DNA of 46,478 nucleotides from Myxococcaceae bacterium (GTDB lineage Bacteria; Myxococcota; UBA727; JABDBI01): NCBI GenBank assembly GCA_037134495.1, contig JBAXMC010000002.1, positions 1 to 46,478 of the forward strand, read 5' to 3'. Shown piece by piece: positions 42,068 to 46,478 of this stretch (position 1 is its first letter; each line of letters starts with the position of its first letter). The notes under the pieces were generated by a model. It saw only the letters and a program-made list of their open reading frames with translations, ran no database searches and was not told where the DNA came from. The position numbers and the translations under genes were made by a program.

Positions 42068-42889
42068 TTAATCAAAATCTAATGAAAACCCTTTCTGAAC
42101 ATTAACTACGAATCCAAATGAGAAGCTAAATTTTTCTTCTGATGCAAACAAGGCTTGAGGAGGATTTGGGAAGGGGGATGCTTTTTGAAAAGCGCGTATG
42201 GCTTCATCGTCTAAATAAAATACGCCACTTGAAGTTTTGATTTGCGTGTCAATAACAGTGCCGGTTTTATCTAACGTGATTTCTAAGACCGTCATGTGAT
42301 CTTGTTTTCCGATTAAGGCTCCTGCTGGGTCATAGCGTCGCATTTGAGGAATGGGCGCCCAAATACGGCCTACGCTTTCTTTGATGCGGTTAAAATACGA
42401 AGCATGTTTCCATTCGAACGTATTGACCTCTGTCTGGGCCGCTGTTTTGATTTTCTTGTCAAGATTGTCATTGAAAGCTGTTTCAGGCTGTTCTTGCTGT
42501 TGTTCAAGATCTTGCCAGCTAGGTAATAAACTGCGTTTCAGGCCGGGAGCTTTGCTCAATTTTTGAGTTTTTGGAGTCCTAGGACGTTTGGGTGTTGTTT
42601 GGATTGGATTTTTGTTGGCTGCTTGAGTTTCTTTAGGGACACTATTATTAAATTCGCTAACGTGATCAGCTTTGCGCGGTATTTTTTCTTCTCTAGGCGG
42701 ATTGATTTTGACTAATTGTCTTGGAGGTCTGCTGTTTTGTTGTAGCTGAACTTTAATCTTTTTAGGTTCAGAAAAGTTTTGAAACAAGGGATGATCTTCT
42801 GGGAGACTCCACAAAAAAGCTAGAAACAACACATGCAAAAGCAGTGCAGCCAGCACCGTTAAAGTCAAATATTGAGAGCGTGTCCTCAT
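42068..42889 (-). CDS. TonB-family energy transducer
   Basis: N-terminal TM anchor, Pro/Lys-rich spacer, and C-terminal TonB_C (GTVIDTQIKTSSGVFYLDDEAIRAFQKASPFPNPP). Confidence 0.75.
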   Translation of the reverse strand: MRTRSQYLTLTVLAALLLHVLFLAFLWSLPEDHPLFQNFSEPKKIKVQLQQNSRPPRQLVKINPPREEKIPRKADHVSEFNNSVPKETQAANKNPIQTTPKRPRTPKTQKLSKAPGLKRSLLPSWQDLEQQQEQPETAFNDNLDKKIKTAAQTEVNTFEWKHASYFNRIKESVGRIWAPIPQMRRYDPAGALIGKQDHMTVLEITLDKTGTVIDTQIKTSSGVFYLDDEAIRAFQKASPFPNPPQALFASEEKFSFSFGFVVNVQKGFSLDFD

Positions 42890-42916
42890 GGGTATGAAGA
42901 TTGTATCGCCTGAGTG

Positions 42917-44032
42917 CTAATTTAGGGCAATCCGGGCATCTTCTAATTTTTGAGCGCCAAGCATGCCGCAAGCAGCATCGATGTCGTCACCTCTGGTTCC
43001 ACGGATAAATACGGCAAAATGATGCTGAAGCAAAATATGCTGAAAAGCTTTTACGCGTTCTAGAGCAGGTCGCTTGTAGGGCGATAAGGGGTGCGGATTA
43101 AAAGGGATCAAATTGACTTTGCATTTGATGCCAGAAAGCCACTTGATTAACCGATAAGCATCTTCGTTCGTGTCATTCATACCTGCAAGCATGACGTACT
43201 CGAACGTAATTCGGCGACGAGTTTGCAATGGAAAAGCTCGGCACGCTTCGACCAACGCTTCTAAATCCCACTTTTTATTCACTGGCATGATTTCACTGCG
43301 CATGGCATTGGTGGTTGCGTTAAAGCTAATCGCAATGTGAACGTTGGTATCTGCACCTAGCTTGGTGATATTCTTGACAATCCCTGAAGTTGAAACGGTG
43401 ATGCGTCTGCCAGAGTAATTTTGCCCTTCCTGAGCGCAGAGCAATTTAATAGATTGTAAGACGTTTTCATAGTTGTGAAGCGGCTCACCCATGCCCATGT
43501 ACACAAGGTTGTGGATCATGCGGGCATCTTCAGAAGGCTCCGATTCTAAGATAACAGCGGTGTTTTTCCAGCCAACGGATCTGAGATCGCGGTTTACAGC
43601 GTAAACTTGGCCAATGATCTCGGCTGCTGTGAGATTGCGAGCTAATTTCATGGCTGCTGTAGCGCAGAATTTGCAACCCATGGCACAGCCCACTTGGCTT
43701 GAAATACACAAGGTGTTGCGGCCATCTGTAGCCGCATTGGGGATGAAAACGCTTTCGATGTTGTGTCCATCATGGGTTTTAATCAGATACTTGCGAGTAC
43801 CGTCTGAGCTGACTTTGACACGAGTAATTTCTAGCTGAGTGATTGAATAAGACTCTGAGAGAGAATCGCGTAACTCTTTAGAAAAAGAGGTGATTTCCTG
43901 GATATCTGTTACCCATTGCTGATGCAAAGCCTCAAACAGTTGCTTGGCCCGGTACGGTTTTTGGCCTCTTTGGAGCATGAGAGCTTTGAGCTGGTCTAGA
44001 GATTGACCTAGTATATCTTCGTGCATCAGCAT
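42917..44032 (-). CDS. rlmN: 23S rRNA/tRNA (adenine-C2)-methyltransferase RlmN (radical SAM)
   Basis: YRAKQLFEALH N-domain, CAMGCKFCAT radical-SAM cluster, and the C-terminal DIDAACG motif. Confidence 0.9.
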   Translation of the reverse strand: MLMHEDILGQSLDQLKALMLQRGQKPYRAKQLFEALHQQWVTDIQEITSFSKELRDSLSESYSITQLEITRVKVSSDGTRKYLIKTHDGHNIESVFIPNAATDGRNTLCISSQVGCAMGCKFCATAAMKLARNLTAAEIIGQVYAVNRDLRSVGWKNTAVILESEPSEDARMIHNLVYMGMGEPLHNYENVLQSIKLLCAQEGQNYSGRRITVSTSGIVKNITKLGADTNVHIAISFNATTNAMRSEIMPVNKKWDLEALVEACRAFPLQTRRRITFEYVMLAGMNDTNEDAYRLIKWLSGIKCKVNLIPFNPHPLSPYKRPALERVKAFQHILLQHHFAVFIRGTRGDDIDAACGMLGAQKLEDARIALN

Positions 44033-44137
44033 CGAAAAACTATTGAGAAAATAGGGCTGTTTGTCAATCGGGGTGGCACTGTAGGCAATTTAAACTAAAA
44101 TTCTTAAGCAACTTGCAAAAAATCCGGAGCAACTCTT

Positions 44138-45034
44138 ATGATGTTCAGGATGAAAGATAAATACAAATTTGGAGCGGGTATTTTTCTGGCCCTGGTTTCT
44201 CTGAGTCTCTTTATCTTTTTTTTGCTGAACTCTGATGCCGCAGTACTTAATCCTCAAGGCATCATGGGTCTTCAGCAAAAAGATTTGATGGTTACTTCCA
44301 TTTGGCTAATTTTGATTGTCGTAGCGCCAGTTATTATTCTCACTTTCGTCTTTGCCTGGCGTTATCGGGAAACAAACAAAAAAGCGCTTTATAGGCCACT
44401 GTGGGACAAAAATAAATTTGCAGAGATTGTCTGGTGGGGAATCCCTTTGCTTATCATCGGTTGTCTTTCCGTGATGACCTGGAAAGCCAGTCATGAACTT
44501 GACCCGTTTAAACCCATCGTTTCAGATAAGAAAACGCTCATTGTTGAGGTTGTGGCTCTCGAATGGAAATGGCTTTTTATCTATCCAGAGCAGGGAATCG
44601 CAACGATAAACTATGTGCGATTTCCAGAAAACACACCGGTACTGTTTAGAATTACGGCTGATGCTCCCATGAATTCTTTTTGGATTCCGCGCCTGGGAGG
44701 TCAAATTTATGCCATGCCAGGCATGACCACAAAACTTTATCTATTGGCCAATGAAATCGGTATTTTTAGAGGATCTTCTGCGAATTTTAGCGGCCAGGGT
44801 TTTTCTGGAATGACTTTTAATGCAGAATCTACTTCATTGGCAGATTTTCAGAGTTGGAGTGAAAACATCAAAAAATCATCACCAGCACTCAATTTTGAGC
44901 AGTACGAACAGATAGCCGTGCCCAGCAAAAATAACGTACCCATGAGCTATGCTTTGGAAGGCGGCGATTTTTTTTATCGCATTCTCATGAATGCACCTAA
45001 GGTTCATCCTAACAGAGGTCACGATGTTTGGTAA
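44138..45034 (+). CDS. cyoA: Cytochrome bo3 ubiquinol oxidase subunit II
   Basis: Collinear with E. coli CyoA ([14 protein letters not shown]..., [39 protein letters not shown]). Confidence 0.9.
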   Translation: MMFRMKDKYKFGAGIFLALVSLSLFIFFLLNSDAAVLNPQGIMGLQQKDLMVTSIWLILIVVAPVIILTFVFAWRYRETNKKALYRPLWDKNKFAEIVWWGIPLLIIGCLSVMTWKASHELDPFKPIVSDKKTLIVEVVALEWKWLFIYPEQGIATINYVRFPENTPVLFRITADAPMNSFWIPRLGGQIYAMPGMTTKLYLLANEIGIFRGSSANFSGQGFSGMTFNAESTSLADFQSWSENIKKSSPALNFEQYEQIAVPSKNNVPMSYALEGGDFFYRILMNAPKVHPNRGHDVW

Positions 45035-46478
45035 CTTAACTCTCGCCGCATTTCAGCACGATTGGATTGAAGTAGCGGCAGACCTTTCGATTATTTTTGG
45101 TGGATTGGCAACAGTTGCTGCTCTTTTCTATTATCGACGCTGGACATGGCTCTGGCACGAATGGCTTACCTCTTTGGACCCTAAAAAAATTGGGATCATG
45201 TATGCAGTGGTTTCGACGGTTATGCTGCTGAAAGGAATTATGGATGCCGTTATGATGCGCTTGCAGCAAGTGCTCTCAGTGGGTGATTCCACCGGCTATA
45301 TTACTTCAAATCATTTCAACCAACTTTTTACGGCACACGGTACCACCATGATTTTTTTCGTGGCCATGGGATTTTTGTTTGCGGTGACGAATCTTATCGT
45401 GCCGCTCCAAATTGGGGCACGTGATGTCGCTTTCCCATTTTTGAATTCCATTAGCTTCTATTTTTTCGCTTCTGGGGCTGTTTTTATTTTGGTCTCGTTG
45501 ATAGTGGGCCATTTCTCTGGCGCTGGCTGGCTCGGTTATCCTCCCCTCACAGAAAAAAGCTATAGCCCAGGAGTTGGCGTTGATTATTGGATTTGGAGCA
45601 TTCAGATTGCTGGCATTGGGAGCCTTTTTTCTGGCATTAATTTTTTAGTGACCATTCTTAAAATGCGGTGTCCCGGTATGAGTTTGATGAGAATGCCCAT
45701 TTTCGTATGGACCATTTTGGGGTCGATGGCGCTTATTATTCTGGTTTTTCCGATTTTGACAGCCACTTTGGCGATGCTTAGTCTCGATCGTGTTTTTGGG
45801 ATGCATTTTTTCACTTCTGGGTCCGGTGGCAATCCCATGATGTTTGTGAATCTAATCTGGGCGTGGGGGCACCCCGAAGTTTATATTCTTATCCTGCCCG
45901 CCTTCGGTATTTTCTCCGAAGTCGTACCCGTTTTTTCGCAAAAACGACTTTTCGGTTATCAGTCGATGGTATGGGCGATTGTTTTGATTGTTTTCTTTTC
46001 TTTTACGGTTTGGCTGCATCACTTTTTCACCATGGGTGCGGGAGGAAATGTCAATGGCTTCTTTGCCATCATGACCATGATGATCGCGATTCCTACAGGA
46101 GTTAAAGTATTCAATTGGATATTCACTTTGTTTAGGGGGCGTATTCGTTTTACGACGCCAATGCTATGGTTTTTAGGGTTTGTAGTTGTTTTTTGTACAG
46201 GTGGCATGACCGGAGTTTTGATGGCCATAGCACCTGTGGATTTTCAAGTTCACAACAGCCTTTTTTTGGTAGCCCATTTTCATTCGATGGTAATTGGCGG
46301 TGTTCTCTTTGGGTTTCTTTCCGGAGTTACCTACTGGTTTCCTAAATTTGCGGGATTTAAGCTCAATGAAAGATTGGGCCAGTACGCTGCTGGATGCTGG
46401 ATTATGGGTTTCTTGGTCGCTTTCATGCCATTGTATATTCTAGGCTTAATGGGAGCCACTCGGCGCTTAGACCACTAC
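45024..46478 (+). CDS. cyoB: Cytochrome bo3 ubiquinol oxidase subunit I (3' end outside window)
   Basis: Not in the ORF track because there is no stop before the window edge. ATG at 45024 gives [14 protein letters not shown]...[14 protein letters not shown]..., [10 protein letters not shown], collinear with E. coli CyoB. In frame to nt 46478 and overlaps the cyoA end by 11 nt. Confidence 0.9.
   Translation, partial: MFGNLTLAAFQHDWIEVAADLSIIFGGLATVAALFYYRRWTWLWHEWLTSLDPKKIGIMYAVVSTVMLLKGIMDAVMMRLQQVLSVGDSTGYITSNHFNQLFTAHGTTMIFFVAMGFLFAVTNLIVPLQIGARDVAFPFLNSISFYFFASGAVFILVSLIVGHFSGAGWLGYPPLTEKSYSPGVGVDYWIWSIQIAGIGSLFSGINFLVTILKMRCPGMSLMRMPIFVWTILGSMALIILVFPILTATLAMLSLDRVFGMHFFTSGSGGNPMMFVNLIWAWGHPEVYILILPAFGIFSEVVPVFSQKRLFGYQSMVWAIVLIVFFSFTVWLHHFFTMGAGGNVNGFFAIMTMMIAIPTGVKVFNWIFTLFRGRIRFTTPMLWFLGFVVVFCTGGMTGVLMAIAPVDFQVHNSLFLVAHFHSMVIGGVLFGFLSGVTYWFPKFAGFKLNERLGQYAAGCWIMGFLVAFMPLYILGLMGATRRLDHY

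Overview
The window is a chromosomal segment of a diderm (Gram-negative) bacterium; I cannot assign the taxon from it. The housekeeping backbone consists of: (i) an outer-membrane biogenesis set tamB -> Omp85/BamA-like -> pdxA; (ii) a translationally coupled minus-strand operon dapF-ldh-rng-dapE-dapD-lipoprotein; (iii) a sigma-70-family (FliA-like) sigma factor; (iv) CorC/TlyC-type transporter, PLD/ClsB-like synthase, half-size TauE, TonB-like protein, rlmN; (v) cyoA and cyoB, the latter running off the 3' edge. Accessory material interrupts this backbone at several places.

(a) A DUF4143 AAA+ ATPase cassette and an AbiEi antitoxin islet are each bracketed by direct repeats that duplicate the 3' end of the neighbouring host gene (pdxA, 21 bp; sigma gene, 76 bp).

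(b) A run of four exported proteins includes a GT-B/GT25 glycosyltransferase fusion and a kinase-fold protein.

(c) A Csu/spore-coat-U-type chaperone-usher pilus cluster has its chaperone gene inverted and its C-domain duplicated.

(d) A minus-strand block encodes a 3116-aa lipobox-bearing giant protein with a helicase-like P-loop NTPase module. It is followed by a secreted tandem beta-sandwich-like protein and an AAA-ATPase-like/PD-(D/E)XK protein. A small YscI/FliE-like gene sits divergently upstream.

(e) A family of GC-rich double-hairpin palindromic elements (TIR CCTCACCC...GGGTGAGG) occurs at least three times, plus one decayed copy. One 102-bp copy is inserted in frame inside dapF.

No rRNA, tRNA or CRISPR array was recognised. 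All family assignments come from reading motifs by eye, without database searches.
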